This document shows positions 9,711 to 19,920 of a stretch of DNA of 64,000 nt, one piece after another. How positions within the stretch are numbered: position 1 is the first letter of the stretch; each line of letters begins with the position of its first letter. The stretch spans positions 70,796-134,795 of the forward strand of contig CAYJKI010000010.1 in NCBI GenBank assembly GCA_964370935.1. Direction: 5' to 3'. Source of the stretch: an uncultured Ignavibacteria bacterium. GTDB taxonomy: Bacteria; Zixibacteria; MSB-5A5; CAIYYT01. The position numbers and the translations under genes were made by a program. Below the pieces are notes generated by a model that saw only the letters and a program-made list of their open reading frames with translations, was not told the origin of the DNA and ran no database searches.

Positions 9711-10478
9711 CTACTTACCGGTACCTTCGGCCGGTGCTGCACCGGTGTCTGCGGGAGCAGGGGCTTTTGGCATCGGCTGGGCATTCTTGGGCATTACAAA
9801 CAGCGAATCCGCGATCGGCACATTGATCTCAATTGAGTCAATTGTGAGCATCTGCTGCGCGGATTGACCACCCATTTCTACCTGCGAATTGATTTTGAAC
9901 GGGAAAACGATACCATTAACTGCCTTGTGACTTGAGTAGCTGGTGTTCGAACGAGCACTCTTTTCGCGAACAATATAGAAGTTAGCGGCATCGAAGAAAT
10001 AGGTCGTGGTGTCATGTTCAGCGGACACATATTCGACCTTATAGGCTTTGGCTCCCTTGACCAGGTCCTCGCCGAGAAACTTAGCCGTTCCGCCCTTCTT
10101 TTTATAGTCTAACAGCGTAAACTGCTCCGCTTGGGTCTCAAGGTCGGCCTTCTCTTTGCCTTCAAGTATGAACGTCTGGCCCATCTGGGTTGCCCACGCT
10201 TCTTTGCCGTTGGTCCCGCCAGCGTACAGCACCATATTATTGGTCGAGACTTGCATGTAGCTCTTGTCGGGGAGGATCATAAACGCTGCCAGGTCAAGCG
10301 GCATTCCCTGGGCAAACATGCTGCCTTTCATGGTCATGGTCTTCACGTCGCTCATGGCTTTCGCTCCGCCATAGGCTTCGATGTGTTTGGCAATGATTTC
10401 GTCACCGGTCATCTCGGCCATAGCCGGAATCGCGGCTGCAATCATCAGGGCGAGGGTTAAGGCAAAAATCTTCTTCAT
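9711..10478 (-). CDS. Secreted LolA-like / outer-membrane lipoprotein-sorting family protein (putative)
   Basis: N-terminal signal peptide MKKIFALTLALMIAAAIPAMA. About 250 aa beta-rich protein. Family assignment is by overall resemblance only. Confidence 0.4.
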   Translation of the reverse strand: MKKIFALTLALMIAAAIPAMAEMTGDEIIAKHIEAYGGAKAMSDVKTMTMKGSMFAQGMPLDLAAFMILPDKSYMQVSTNNMVLYAGGTNGKEAWATQMGQTFILEGKEKADLETQAEQFTLLDYKKKGGTAKFLGEDLVKGAKAYKVEYVSAEHDTTTYFFDAANFYIVREKSARSNTSYSSHKAVNGIVFPFKINSQVEMGGQSAQQMLTIDSIEINVPIADSLFVMPKNAQPMPKAPAPADTGAAPAEGTGK

Positions 10479-10670
10479 TAGAATTACTCCTTGGTTTCGT
10501 CAAGCATAACTGGCCATTCACCGTGATTTTATAGAAACGATATCTTGTGCGCAACAAGTTTCGGGACAACTGATCCGCGATTTTTCTTGCCAAGGACGAT
10601 TTCCGTCTCTATTTTCTATCAACAGTTTACAAGTGTAGGAGTCGAAGGTTTCAAACCAATTGGAGGTACG

Positions 10671-11261
10671 ATGAACCTAAAGGCTAAAGTGTTGGTAGCG
10701 TTGATGTGTGTAATGATGTTGAGCACGTCCGGCTATGCTTTCCGCTTCTCGGTTGGCGGTTTTGGTGGTCTGAACATCCCAATTGCGCAGGAAGACACCG
10801 AATCTGGAACAGCGTTTGGCGCGAAGGCACGCATTCCGCTCATGGGTTCGTTTGCGATTGAGCCGAACATTATTTTCGCCGAGAACGGTGATGCTTCATA
10901 CGATGTCGAAGGCGGCTGGAACGAGACAATGACGCACGAGGGCGGCAAGTACACGAGTTTCGGCGTTGATCTGGTTTTCGGGGGAATCATGGGCTACAAA
11001 GGTCTTGGCGCTTATGGCATTCTGGGGTTATCATCCTCAAAATTCGAAAAGAAAGGAATCCCCGACCTGACCAAGGGTACATATTGGTTTGGCTTGGGAT
11101 TCGAGTACGGATTCACCGATCAGATCTCGCTGGATATTCGCGGCAAGGCGTTCATCTTTCCTTACAAAGATGAATCCAATCCGAATACCGATGACAAGGG
11201 ATCACGCAAGAATGGTCTAGTTACGGTCGGACTGAACTATTACTTTGGTTTCACGGAGTAA
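10671..11261 (+). CDS. Outer-membrane beta-barrel protein (small porin/OmpA-like barrel)
   Basis: ATG at 10671 with GGAGGT RBS. Signal peptide. Alternating hydrophobic beta-strand pattern. C-terminal ...YYFGFTE with an aromatic close to the end. Confidence 0.55.
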   Translation: MNLKAKVLVALMCVMMLSTSGYAFRFSVGGFGGLNIPIAQEDTESGTAFGAKARIPLMGSFAIEPNIIFAENGDASYDVEGGWNETMTHEGGKYTSFGVDLVFGGIMGYKGLGAYGILGLSSSKFEKKGIPDLTKGTYWFGLGFEYGFTDQISLDIRGKAFIFPYKDESNPNTDDKGSRKNGLVTVGLNYYFGFTE

Positions 11262-11267
11262 GCGACG

Positions 11268-11813
11268 ATGAAAAAAATAATGCTAATAGGACTTAGGACA
11301 CTTGCTGTCGCACTCATAGCGTTTTTTGCCATGGGGGCAAGCTGCATTACGACCGGCAATGTGATGGTTGTAGAGTATCTTGACGACTTGAGCGCGGCAA
11401 CCGGCCAGACGATCACTTCCGGTGATGTTAATCTCGAAGAAAATGACGACTGGCAGGAACATAAAGAAGATATCAACGGAATTGACGACCTGGGGTTTGC
11501 TTGTCGGATAACCAACAATTCCGACGCGTCAGCCTCGGGCCAGCTCTATGTCTCACCGAATGACAAGGATTACACGACCGAAGCGGCCATCCGTGCCAAC
11601 GGAATCCTGGTACTCGATGGAATCGTTGTGCCGGCGGGTCAGACGCGCGAGATTAAATGGCAGGAGTCATACGACTACCTGAAGAATTTCGAGCAGGTGA
11701 AAGAAGTCGTCTTCGGCGAGCAATTCCACTATTACTTCATCGCGGCAGAAACCCCGTTCGATATCGATGTCACTGATATAGTGCTGTTCATGTCGATCAA
11801 TGGTAAGCCGTAA
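11268..11813 (+). CDS. Hypothetical lipoprotein
   Basis: Signal peptide with a lipobox-like FFAMGASC. No recognisable domain. 7 nt downstream of the beta-barrel gene. Confidence 0.45.
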   Translation: MKKIMLIGLRTLAVALIAFFAMGASCITTGNVMVVEYLDDLSAATGQTITSGDVNLEENDDWQEHKEDINGIDDLGFACRITNNSDASASGQLYVSPNDKDYTTEAAIRANGILVLDGIVVPAGQTREIKWQESYDYLKNFEQVKEVVFGEQFHYYFIAAETPFDIDVTDIVLFMSINGKP

Positions 11814-11846
11814 GCTAATTCACTAATAATGTTATTCCGTAAACTT

Positions 11847-11880
11847 AAAAGACCCCGATTAATCGGGGTCTTTTTCTTTG
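11847..11880. terminator. Bidirectional rho-independent terminator between convergent genes
   Basis: Perfect hairpin GACCCCGATT/AATCGGGGTC flanked by an A-run upstream and a T-run downstream, so it can act on both strands. Confidence 0.7.
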
Positions 11881-11893
11881 CGCCGGAGTTGAG

Positions 11894-12526
11894 TTAGCCC
11901 AACCCGGGGAAGAGTTGTAAAAGCCCGGTAGCAATAAACTCAATTGCGATTGCCGAAAGCACCATTCCCATGGCGCGGGTGAATGTGTTGATTCCCGTTC
12001 GCCCCAATTTGTGACTTAAAGGGATCGAGAGTCGCAGGAGCAGCCAGGTCAGCAGCGCGACCAAAATGACCGAGAAGATCACAAAGCCTTTGGCTGACCA
12101 GTCATCGCTGCGGTGAGCGAATACAATCACAGTGCTGATCGCAGCCGGGCCGGCCAGAAGGGGAATCGCAAGCGGCACTACGGCGACGTTTTCTTTGGCA
12201 ACAGCTTCGATCTCTTCCTCCGGCGTCTGTTTTGTTGGGCTGACCTTGGCATTGATCATCGAAAGAGACAATAGCAATATTAAGATTCCGCCGCCGACTT
12301 GAAAAGAAGCGAGCCGGATCCCGAGAAGTTTCAGCATCGGTTCGCCAGCCAGAGCAGCCGCGATCAATACGACAGCCAGGGTGAAAGAGGCGATTCGTGC
12401 CGTGTTGGCACGCTGTTTCGGAGTCTCGTCGGAAGTGATACTGATGAAGATCGGGATCGCCCCGAACGGATCGACAATGACGAGGATTGCCGTCAGTATC
12501 TCAAGATATTGGTGCCATTCAAGCAT
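11894..12526 (-). CDS. MarC family (UPF0056) integral membrane protein
   Basis: N-terminal ILTAILVIVDPFGAIPIF motif characteristic of MarC/NAAT. About 6 TM segments. 210 aa. Confidence 0.8.
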   Translation of the reverse strand: MLEWHQYLEILTAILVIVDPFGAIPIFISITSDETPKQRANTARIASFTLAVVLIAAALAGEPMLKLLGIRLASFQVGGGILILLLSLSMINAKVSPTKQTPEEEIEAVAKENVAVVPLAIPLLAGPAAISTVIVFAHRSDDWSAKGFVIFSVILVALLTWLLLRLSIPLSHKLGRTGINTFTRAMGMVLSAIAIEFIATGLLQLFPGLG

Positions 12527-12665
12527 AAGTTCTCACAGCCAATATGCCTGCTTTTGTCCCGGCGACCAACACAATTTCGTTGGTCTCCGGAAGGGCTAAG
12601 ATGTACCTTTCCCGTCGACATAGCGTTGCATCGCAATTGCGAGCGCTGCCACAAGGAGAGAAATC

Positions 12666-14540
12666 ATGGATCGGGCAATAATCAAAGAATTCTTATCACA
12701 TATCGAGCTGTTCAAAGATCTCGATGACGTTGAGCACGAACTACTTCTCGTCGAAATCACCGAATTGACGGTTGAAAGCGGTGCGCTGCTGTTCGAAGAG
12801 AATACGACCCGCGAACGGCTGTTTATCATTTTTGAAGGCGAAATTGAGTTGTTCAAGCGCACTCCCTATGATGAAGAGACCAGGCTCACGATATTCGCGA
12901 AGCACGATTTTCTCGGTGAAGGCGCACTGATGGAAGATTATCCGCATAATACTTCCGCCCGTGCCTTGGCCAAGTCAACGCTGTTGACCATAAGCCGCGA
13001 GCAGTTTTACCGGTTGTCCAATGAGCGGCCAACGATCGGATTCAAACTGATTTCCCGGATTGCCAGAGTGATTTCGCGCCGGATGAGACAGGCGAGTACC
13101 AGAGTGGTCAATGTGGCGGCTCAATACGTTTCCGGAAGAACACGAACCGAACACGACCTGCTGGGTGATCGCGAGGTACCTTCGGAATATCTCTATGGCA
13201 TTCAGACAATGCGCGCTTTGGAGAACTTCAATATAAGCGGAATCTCGCTGGCATATTATCCGGATTTCATCAAGGCGCTGGCAGTTGTCAAAATGGGCGC
13301 TGCGCGGGCAAATATGGAGCTGGGGCTGTTACCCCGCCCAGTTGGGGAAGCGATAATTCAAGCCTGCCTGGAGATCACAAACGGCCGTTGGCATACGCAG
13401 TTCGTCGTCGACATGATTCAGGGCGGCGCCGGGACGTCAACAAACATGAACGCCAACGAGGTCATAGCGAATCGTGCGCTGGAGATACTCGGTTATGAGC
13501 GCGGAGAGTACAAGTATTGCCACCCCAACAATCACGTCAACTTGTCGCAGTCGACGAATGATGCATATCCAACAGCCCTGAAGATCGCACTAATAAATTC
13601 CAACGGTAAGCTGATCGCGGTATTGAAGCAGTTGATTTCGTCGTTCTATGGCAAGGCGGAGGAATTCAGAGGTGTCATCAAGATGGGGCGGACGCAGCTT
13701 CAAGACGCTGTGCCGATGACGTTAGGTCAGGAGTTCGAAGCGTACGCTGTCATGCTTGAAGAAGAAATCGATCGACTTGAGCAGAACGTGTCGTTATTCC
13801 TCGAGGTCAACATGGGTGGTACGGCGATTGGAACTGGAATCAATGCCGATCCACGCTACTCGAAATTGGTGATCACCCACTTGCGTGAAATCACCGGTCT
13901 CGATATCAAACTGGCGAAGAATCTTGTTGAAGCGACGCAGGACACCGGAGCGTTTGTGATGTACTCTTCGGCAATTAAGCGTCTTGCCATCAAACTCTCG
14001 AAGATTGCGAATGACCTTCGTCTTCTGTCGTCCGGACCGCGTGCCGGCCTTAATGAAATAAATTTGCCGCCGATGCAGCCGGGTTCGACCATTATGCCGG
14101 GAAAGGTGAATCCGGTGATTCCCGAGGTAGTCAATCAGATTGCATTTCTGGTGATTGGCAATGATCTCACGGTAACGCTCGCGGCCGAGGCCGGGCAACT
14201 ACAGCTCAATGTCATGGAACCGATCATTGCGCACAGCATTTTCGAGTCGATTGAAGTTCTCAAGAACGGCATGTTCACGCTCAAACACCGCTGCATCGAT
14301 GGAATTACTGCAAACGTTGAGAATTGCCGCCAGATGGTACTCAATTCAATCGGGCTGGTAACGGCGCTCAATCCAGTGCTTGGTTACGAGGCTTCGACCG
14401 AACTGGCGAAAGAGGCGTTACGGACAAACCGCAGTGTTTATGATCTGGTGCTCGAGAAAGGGTTGCTTTCGACCGAGCAATTGGACCGATTACTGACCCC
14501 GGAAAACATGATACGACCGCCCAAAATAGATAATGCTTGA
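12666..14540 (+). CDS. aspA: Aspartate ammonia-lyase (AspA-type) with an N-terminal cyclic-nucleotide-binding (CAP effector) domain
   Basis: N-terminal about 150 aa cNMP-binding pattern (FGEGAL...RSA.A....LL.I). C-terminal about 465 aa with GGAGTSTNMNANEV, GSTIMPGKVNPVIPEVVNQ, GQLQLNVMEPII and INGITAN. These match AspA, not FumC. Confidence 0.85.
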   Translation: MDRAIIKEFLSHIELFKDLDDVEHELLLVEITELTVESGALLFEENTTRERLFIIFEGEIELFKRTPYDEETRLTIFAKHDFLGEGALMEDYPHNTSARALAKSTLLTISREQFYRLSNERPTIGFKLISRIARVISRRMRQASTRVVNVAAQYVSGRTRTEHDLLGDREVPSEYLYGIQTMRALENFNISGISLAYYPDFIKALAVVKMGAARANMELGLLPRPVGEAIIQACLEITNGRWHTQFVVDMIQGGAGTSTNMNANEVIANRALEILGYERGEYKYCHPNNHVNLSQSTNDAYPTALKIALINSNGKLIAVLKQLISSFYGKAEEFRGVIKMGRTQLQDAVPMTLGQEFEAYAVMLEEEIDRLEQNVSLFLEVNMGGTAIGTGINADPRYSKLVITHLREITGLDIKLAKNLVEATQDTGAFVMYSSAIKRLAIKLSKIANDLRLLSSGPRAGLNEINLPPMQPGSTIMPGKVNPVIPEVVNQIAFLVIGNDLTVTLAAEAGQLQLNVMEPIIAHSIFESIEVLKNGMFTLKHRCIDGITANVENCRQMVLNSIGLVTALNPVLGYEASTELAKEALRTNRSVYDLVLEKGLLSTEQLDRLLTPENMIRPPKIDNA

Positions 14541-14625
14541 TTGCCCAAAATTAAGCTGTATCATAAGCTCGATGTTGATATTTCTTCTCCCAATTCTGAC
14601 AGGCAATTAAGAAGGACAGGTTAAG

Positions 14626-16305
14626 ATGGGTAACAACCTGCGTTATGATGTAGCGGATCAGAGACTCAAATATACCGGGCCGATGGCTGAATTCGGGTTT
14701 GAAAAGGACCGGGTCATCGAGTTCAATCACCGCCATCGTGCGGTGCTGGCCAACTATGATTTGGAACTGGAGTCGTGTGCGATTCTCAATCTGTCCAATC
14801 GTGTTAATCCAAAATCGAACTTGGGAGCGCTGCGAAACAGGCAAGTTCGTCAATCCGTGATTGTATCGGCGGCTTTGTCAGCGATTTCGGTCGGCCTCCA
14901 TGGCAGGGGTAGCCTGAATGCCGTCCCCAAGCACCTGGTTACCAATGAACTCAAGAATAACCTCAAGCGCGCCAATGACCGCACGGCGGCTCAAGTTATG
15001 GCCGAAGTCCTGCAGACGACTACCGAGACACTTCCAGTCGGTGAAGAGATCATAATCGAGTCGGCAATCACCGAAGGTGTTCGCATCAAGCCGGGAATTG
15101 AAGTTGGCGGCAATCCGACGATCGCGGTGGGCGCCGTCTTCGGGAAGCCAGAGCACCGTGCCAAGTACGGCCTGAAACTGCCTCAAAACGTGTCGCTTTT
15201 GTCGTTGGGAAATGATGTCATCGATGGCACAACTAAGTCAATCGAAGGATCGCATTCGAGTTTTACGGCGATGGTGATAACCGAGTCCGGGGTGAAGCGC
15301 CACCTACCCGACACATACGTACAGCGCTGGATGGCGGGAGTTCACTTTGAGGAATTCAATCCGCGCGAGACCAAGTTGGTTGAGATTGCGGAGATCATGT
15401 CGGCGGCACATGGGTATTCGTCCGTTGACAAATTGAGCACCTTCTTTCTTGATCGACCGAGGCACTCATTTGCGATGGAGACGCTCAACAAGGCCGGAGT
15501 CGCAACTCCATTTGACAAAGACGGCGATTTGATGCCTGGTATCGTGCTCGGCTTGGAAGGCTTGAGTTTTCCCGACAGTCGTTCTTTGTCGACTATGATT
15601 GGCGAGATCGGCGGCTCCGCCGAGTGGGCGGTCGGAGTTCTTCCACTGGTCTGGCGCGGCGGACAGGCGATAGGTATGCTCACCAGCCAATCCTCACTGA
15701 CACGCAAGGATCTGGCGCCGGAGGAACTGTGGAAAGAGCGGTTCCACTTCACTGAAGAAGAATTCATGCTGATTCAGGATGCTCGTTTCCAGCGCAAGCC
15801 ATACTTCACGATCAGCGACATCCTCGACGACCCGATGGCGGGAGGAATCAGCGCATTTGGCGCCATCACCGATAACTTTTTCATTCCTTATCTTCAGGGC
15901 GTTCGTGCCAATCACGAGAACGGGCGGATCAGTGTCAATATTCTGGTCGTCAATTCGATTGGAATGGTTGATGTCTGGCAAATGGTGTTTCGTTGCCTGA
16001 ATAACCTTGAGCAGACGGGTGCGCTTATGAGATCCCCCAAATCAGAGCTCGAGAATCTGTCCGGCATTGAGCTGGAGCAAAAAATCGGCGGGATGCTGAA
16101 TGACCAGCGCACGCGCGAACGGTATTTGATCTTCTTCAATAACGAGTATTACCCGGCACTAATTCCGATCCACGACAAAATGGTGCTGCTGCAAAAATCA
16201 GTCCAGGGATTGATTGAGCGCGGCGCTCTCACCGAGCAGGATCGCGAGATTATTCACTGTACCCAGAAGGTGGCGCCGGAATTGTTTGTGAATTCTGAAC
16301 TGTAA
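14626..16305 (+). CDS. GlpX-like (class II fructose-1,6-bisphosphatase fold) protein with N- and C-terminal extensions
   Basis: VIDGTT and FLDRPRH motifs resemble GlpX DP(I/V)(D/E)GT and (A/L)(D/K)(R)PRH. 559 aa against about 330 for GlpX. The C-terminal about 190 aa are unrecognised. Confidence 0.5.
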   Translation: MGNNLRYDVADQRLKYTGPMAEFGFEKDRVIEFNHRHRAVLANYDLELESCAILNLSNRVNPKSNLGALRNRQVRQSVIVSAALSAISVGLHGRGSLNAVPKHLVTNELKNNLKRANDRTAAQVMAEVLQTTTETLPVGEEIIIESAITEGVRIKPGIEVGGNPTIAVGAVFGKPEHRAKYGLKLPQNVSLLSLGNDVIDGTTKSIEGSHSSFTAMVITESGVKRHLPDTYVQRWMAGVHFEEFNPRETKLVEIAEIMSAAHGYSSVDKLSTFFLDRPRHSFAMETLNKAGVATPFDKDGDLMPGIVLGLEGLSFPDSRSLSTMIGEIGGSAEWAVGVLPLVWRGGQAIGMLTSQSSLTRKDLAPEELWKERFHFTEEEFMLIQDARFQRKPYFTISDILDDPMAGGISAFGAITDNFFIPYLQGVRANHENGRISVNILVVNSIGMVDVWQMVFRCLNNLEQTGALMRSPKSELENLSGIELEQKIGGMLNDQRTRERYLIFFNNEYYPALIPIHDKMVLLQKSVQGLIERGALTEQDREIIHCTQKVAPELFVNSEL

Positions 16306-16443
16306 GTTACTGGCGGACAGCGCCGTGGCGCGTTACAGCACTTCGCGCAAACTAACCGATTTCTAATCAAGAACTGACCATATCCTTAGCATTCCCCCGT
16401 TATCAGTGTAACAAATGTTTTCGACTGATAATGGGAGGATATC

Positions 16444-17256
16444 ATGAATTATTCAGAAGAAGAACACGAAAAGCCACCGGAGCCTATTCACACGTTGATA
16501 GTCTCCGATGTCCATCTGGGTTCGCGGGTTAGCCGGGCCAAGGAATGTCTGCAGCTTATCGAGTCGTATCGTATCGACAAGCGGCGTTGGAGATTCCAGC
16601 AATTGATCCTGCTTGGCGACATCTTTGATGACATGAATTTCAATCGCCTCGACAAGTATGCCTGGAAGTTAGTCAGCTTATTCCGCGAGATTACTGATGA
16701 AGAGAGCAGCGCCAAAGTTGTCTGGATACTGGGCAATCACGATGAGTTGCTGGTGCCGCTAATGGCGCATCTAGTCGGGATTCGCGTACATGAAGAGATA
16801 GAATGGAGTGTCGGGAATAAACGCTTCTTCGCAATGCACGGTCAGCAGTTCGACAAGTGGATCATCAATTATCCCAACATTTCCAAGGTGCCTTCCTGGA
16901 TGTATGATGCAATACAGGCACTCGACGGATCAAAACAGCGCATCAGTCGATTCGTGAAGGAGAAGAGCAAAACCTGGCTTAGGATTAACGGCGAAGTTGC
17001 CAGAGGCATTGTCAATTACGCACAGCGCAAAGGTCTTGACATTGATGCCGCGTTTTGCGGGCACACGCATATCGCTGAAGAAATCCAGTTTCCCGAGACC
17101 AAGGTCAAGTATTTCAATACCGGATGCTGGACCGGCCGCCAAGCGCCAACTTACGTCACGATTTCGCGTTCCGGAGTTGTATCGCTCAATGAATATGATG
17201 TCAAGCAACTGCGTGTGGCAGAACCGACGCAGCGCAGGGAGGCTATCCTAAGATAG
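16444..17256 (+). CDS. Calcineurin-like metallophosphoesterase
   Basis: Motifs LIVSDVHLG, GDIFD, GNHDE and GHTH in canonical order. 270 aa. Confidence 0.75.
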   Translation: MNYSEEEHEKPPEPIHTLIVSDVHLGSRVSRAKECLQLIESYRIDKRRWRFQQLILLGDIFDDMNFNRLDKYAWKLVSLFREITDEESSAKVVWILGNHDELLVPLMAHLVGIRVHEEIEWSVGNKRFFAMHGQQFDKWIINYPNISKVPSWMYDAIQALDGSKQRISRFVKEKSKTWLRINGEVARGIVNYAQRKGLDIDAAFCGHTHIAEEIQFPETKVKYFNTGCWTGRQAPTYVTISRSGVVSLNEYDVKQLRVAEPTQRREAILR

Positions 17257-17728
17257 TTTCGAATTCGAGCTCATCCTGAAGGGGAAGATCGTGATTTCCG
17301 CGCAGCGGAATTGAGGGCTTCAATCTGCGCGATTCATCCAGTGCATCCAGATGAACGGCGACGAGGCGCATTCCGCGCTTGAAGTAGAATCGGATGGCAT
17401 CAAGGTTGTCATTAGTCGTGATCAACCAAAGTCGGCGGCAACCGTTCTTGCGAGCGGCCTGAACAGCGCATTCCAATAATGTGGTCCCAACTCCGATACC
17501 TTCCCGAAGCGAGTTGACCGTAACAACTTCACATTGATCGTTGTCGATCCGGTAGGTAAGGAGTCCAATAGGCTCGCCATTACTTATTGCCACAAATCCC
17601 GGCAGCTCTGAAGCATTGACTAGTTTGCCACGACTTGCAATTACTGTGGCGCTCCAATGTTCGACAAGGATGTTTGTTACCCAACGCGCATCTTCCGGGG
17701 CAATCTCTCTAACGACAAACTGACTCAT
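17243..17728 (-). CDS. GNAT family N-acetyltransferase
   Basis: 161 aa. Acetyl-CoA-binding-like segment (RKNGCRRLWLITTNDNLDAIRFYFKRGM). Confidence 0.7.
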   Translation of the reverse strand: MSQFVVREIAPEDARWVTNILVEHWSATVIASRGKLVNASELPGFVAISNGEPIGLLTYRIDNDQCEVVTVNSLREGIGVGTTLLECAVQAARKNGCRRLWLITTNDNLDAIRFYFKRGMRLVAVHLDALDESRRLKPSIPLRGNHDLPLQDELEFETILG

Positions 17729-18597
17729 GGAGCCTTCTCACTCTTTCTTTGAGCAATGAAAACACCAGCCAGCACCAACAATCCGCCCACAGCGGTGAAG
17801 ACACCGAATTCCTCATTGAGCATAGGTACGGCCAGCGTGGTTGTGGCGATCGGCTCCAGATATAGAAAGATTCCCGCACGCGCCGCTCCAAGCCCGCGAA
17901 CTCCTTCCTGCCAGAACCAGTGGGCGAGAGCGGTCGCCAAGATCGCCAGCACTCCCAACGCTAAGTAGACCTTTGCCGGCAGGTGCAAAAAACTACCCCA
18001 GTCGGAGGTGAATAGCATGTAAGTGAGCATTAAAATTGCGGTCGGAATCAGCACGCCAATCGTCACTATCACCGGCGATTGTGAGCGGGTCAAGTCGCGG
18101 GTTGCAACGGTGTAGATTGCCCAGGTGTGCGCCGAAATTAAGATCATCCAGTCGCCGAAGCTTTTGAGCCAATCGAAGTTCATTAAATTGCCGTGAGAGA
18201 CCAGGAGCAAGATTCCGGCTGTGGCGATGACAATGCCGATAATGGTGAACCGGCTGATTTGCTCTTTAAGGAAGACATATGATAACGCCAGGGTTACGAG
18301 CGGTGTAACCGAGATAATCCAGCCGGTATTGGTAGCCGAAGTGTACTGCAGGCCGGTGATTTGTATCAGGAAGTGCGCTGTAATAATGGTGGACCCAATG
18401 GCAAGTTGCCTGAAGACATGAGGGTTACGAGTTAACTTTGCGCTCTTGAAACGGGCCAAGACAAATAGAATAGGCAGAGCGATAAAAACGCGCAGACCCA
18501 ATAGCTCGACGGGAGACAAAGATTCAAGACAGATCTTGGTGGCGACGAAAGACCATCCCCAGACGACGACAGCAAAGAGCAGGAAGAAGGAAGACAT
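17725..18597 (-). CDS. DMT superfamily transporter (tandem EamA domains)
   Basis: 290 aa, about 10 TM segments, duplicated EamA-like halves. 4-nt overlap with the downstream GNAT gene. Confidence 0.75.
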   Translation of the reverse strand: MSSFFLLFAVVVWGWSFVATKICLESLSPVELLGLRVFIALPILFVLARFKSAKLTRNPHVFRQLAIGSTIITAHFLIQITGLQYTSATNTGWIISVTPLVTLALSYVFLKEQISRFTIIGIVIATAGILLLVSHGNLMNFDWLKSFGDWMILISAHTWAIYTVATRDLTRSQSPVIVTIGVLIPTAILMLTYMLFTSDWGSFLHLPAKVYLALGVLAILATALAHWFWQEGVRGLGAARAGIFLYLEPIATTTLAVPMLNEEFGVFTAVGGLLVLAGVFIAQRKSEKAP

Positions 18598-18636
18598 ATC
18601 AGAGATTACGAGAAGGTCCGATGGTCAAACTGGGTA

Positions 18637-19725
18637 TCATAGCCACTTACGCCTACGGAAGAACCAGAGGAGACTGATGACAATCAGAACAGAAACAAGC
18701 CAAAAGCCAATGTAACCAAGTGGAAGTTCCAGTTCCGGCATGCTTAACGGTCCTGCTTGCGTATTAAAGTTCATGCCGTAGACACCGGCAAGAAAGGTCA
18801 GGGGGATGAAGATTGTTGAAATCACGGTCAACAATCGCATGATATCATTTGTGCGGTTGCTAATGCTGGTCAAGTAGATCTCCAAGAGCCCAGAGACCAT
18901 TTCGCGGTTGGTCTCGACAGTATCAGCGACCTGAACGACGTGTTCATACAGATCGCGCATGTAGAGTCGGGTATAGTCGTGAATCAACGGCGAGTCAGTG
19001 CGCTCAAAGGCGCCAAGGACTTCTCGTAGCGGCCAAATCGAGCGGCGTAGTTCAATCAGCTTGCGTTTGAGCGCGTAGATGGAGTTCAGATTGTCAGGTC
19101 GCGGATTTCGAATCAGATGGTCTTGCGCGGTTTCAATTTTGTCTCCGATACTTTCCATTACGATAAAATAGTGATCGACGACAGCGTCAATCAAAGCGTG
19201 AGCAAGATAGTCTGCACCGAGGAATTTTTGGCGCGGAATTGTTTTGCGGATGCGGTCGCGTATCGGTTCAAAGACATCGCCTTCAACCTCCTGGAAGGAG
19301 ATGACGTAGTTTTTGCCGATGACCAGACTCACCTGTTCAGCGAGTATTTCGTCGCCGCCCGGCTTGATGTAGAGCATTTTGAACATAGTGACGATATATT
19401 CGCCCATGTCTTCGAATTTCGGGCGTTTATTAGTATTGACAATATCTTCAAGCATCAATGGATGAATGCCGAATTTCTGGCCAACCGCTTCAATGATGTT
19501 GACATCATGCACACCTTCGACGTTGATCCAAGCCACCTGCAATTGATCGGCGGGCATGATAATATCTGCAACATTTGCCACACGGAATTCACCGTGCTGG
19601 TCGTTCGAATAGAGAAGAACATCGATTGTGACAGGATCTTTTCGTTCGACACCGACATAGATTAATGCCCCCGGCATTTTTCCGAGTTTGTTAGAAATGC
19701 GATTTGATGGTTTCTTGGCGTTCAT
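18637..19725 (-). CDS. corA: Magnesium/cobalt transporter CorA
   Basis: Signature YGMNF (GVYGMNFNTQAGP) before the two C-terminal TM helices. 362 aa. Confidence 0.85.
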   Translation of the reverse strand: MNAKKPSNRISNKLGKMPGALIYVGVERKDPVTIDVLLYSNDQHGEFRVANVADIIMPADQLQVAWINVEGVHDVNIIEAVGQKFGIHPLMLEDIVNTNKRPKFEDMGEYIVTMFKMLYIKPGGDEILAEQVSLVIGKNYVISFQEVEGDVFEPIRDRIRKTIPRQKFLGADYLAHALIDAVVDHYFIVMESIGDKIETAQDHLIRNPRPDNLNSIYALKRKLIELRRSIWPLREVLGAFERTDSPLIHDYTRLYMRDLYEHVVQVADTVETNREMVSGLLEIYLTSISNRTNDIMRLLTVISTIFIPLTFLAGVYGMNFNTQAGPLSMPELELPLGYIGFWLVSVLIVISLLWFFRRRKWL

Positions 19726-19920
19726 ACTTGCCTGGTTACTCGTTCTGCTCCACTAAGCAATGGAAGTTCTTGTGGAGCAACAAGAAAAATTGCGAAACTA
19801 TCGCAGAGACATCCCGTATTCTTTCATTAATTGTAGTCCAGAATGGAAAAGACCAACACCGGCTACCCGATTGATTGAGAGCCGAGTGTGCACTTTTACT
19901 GAAATTGAGGAACTGTACCT

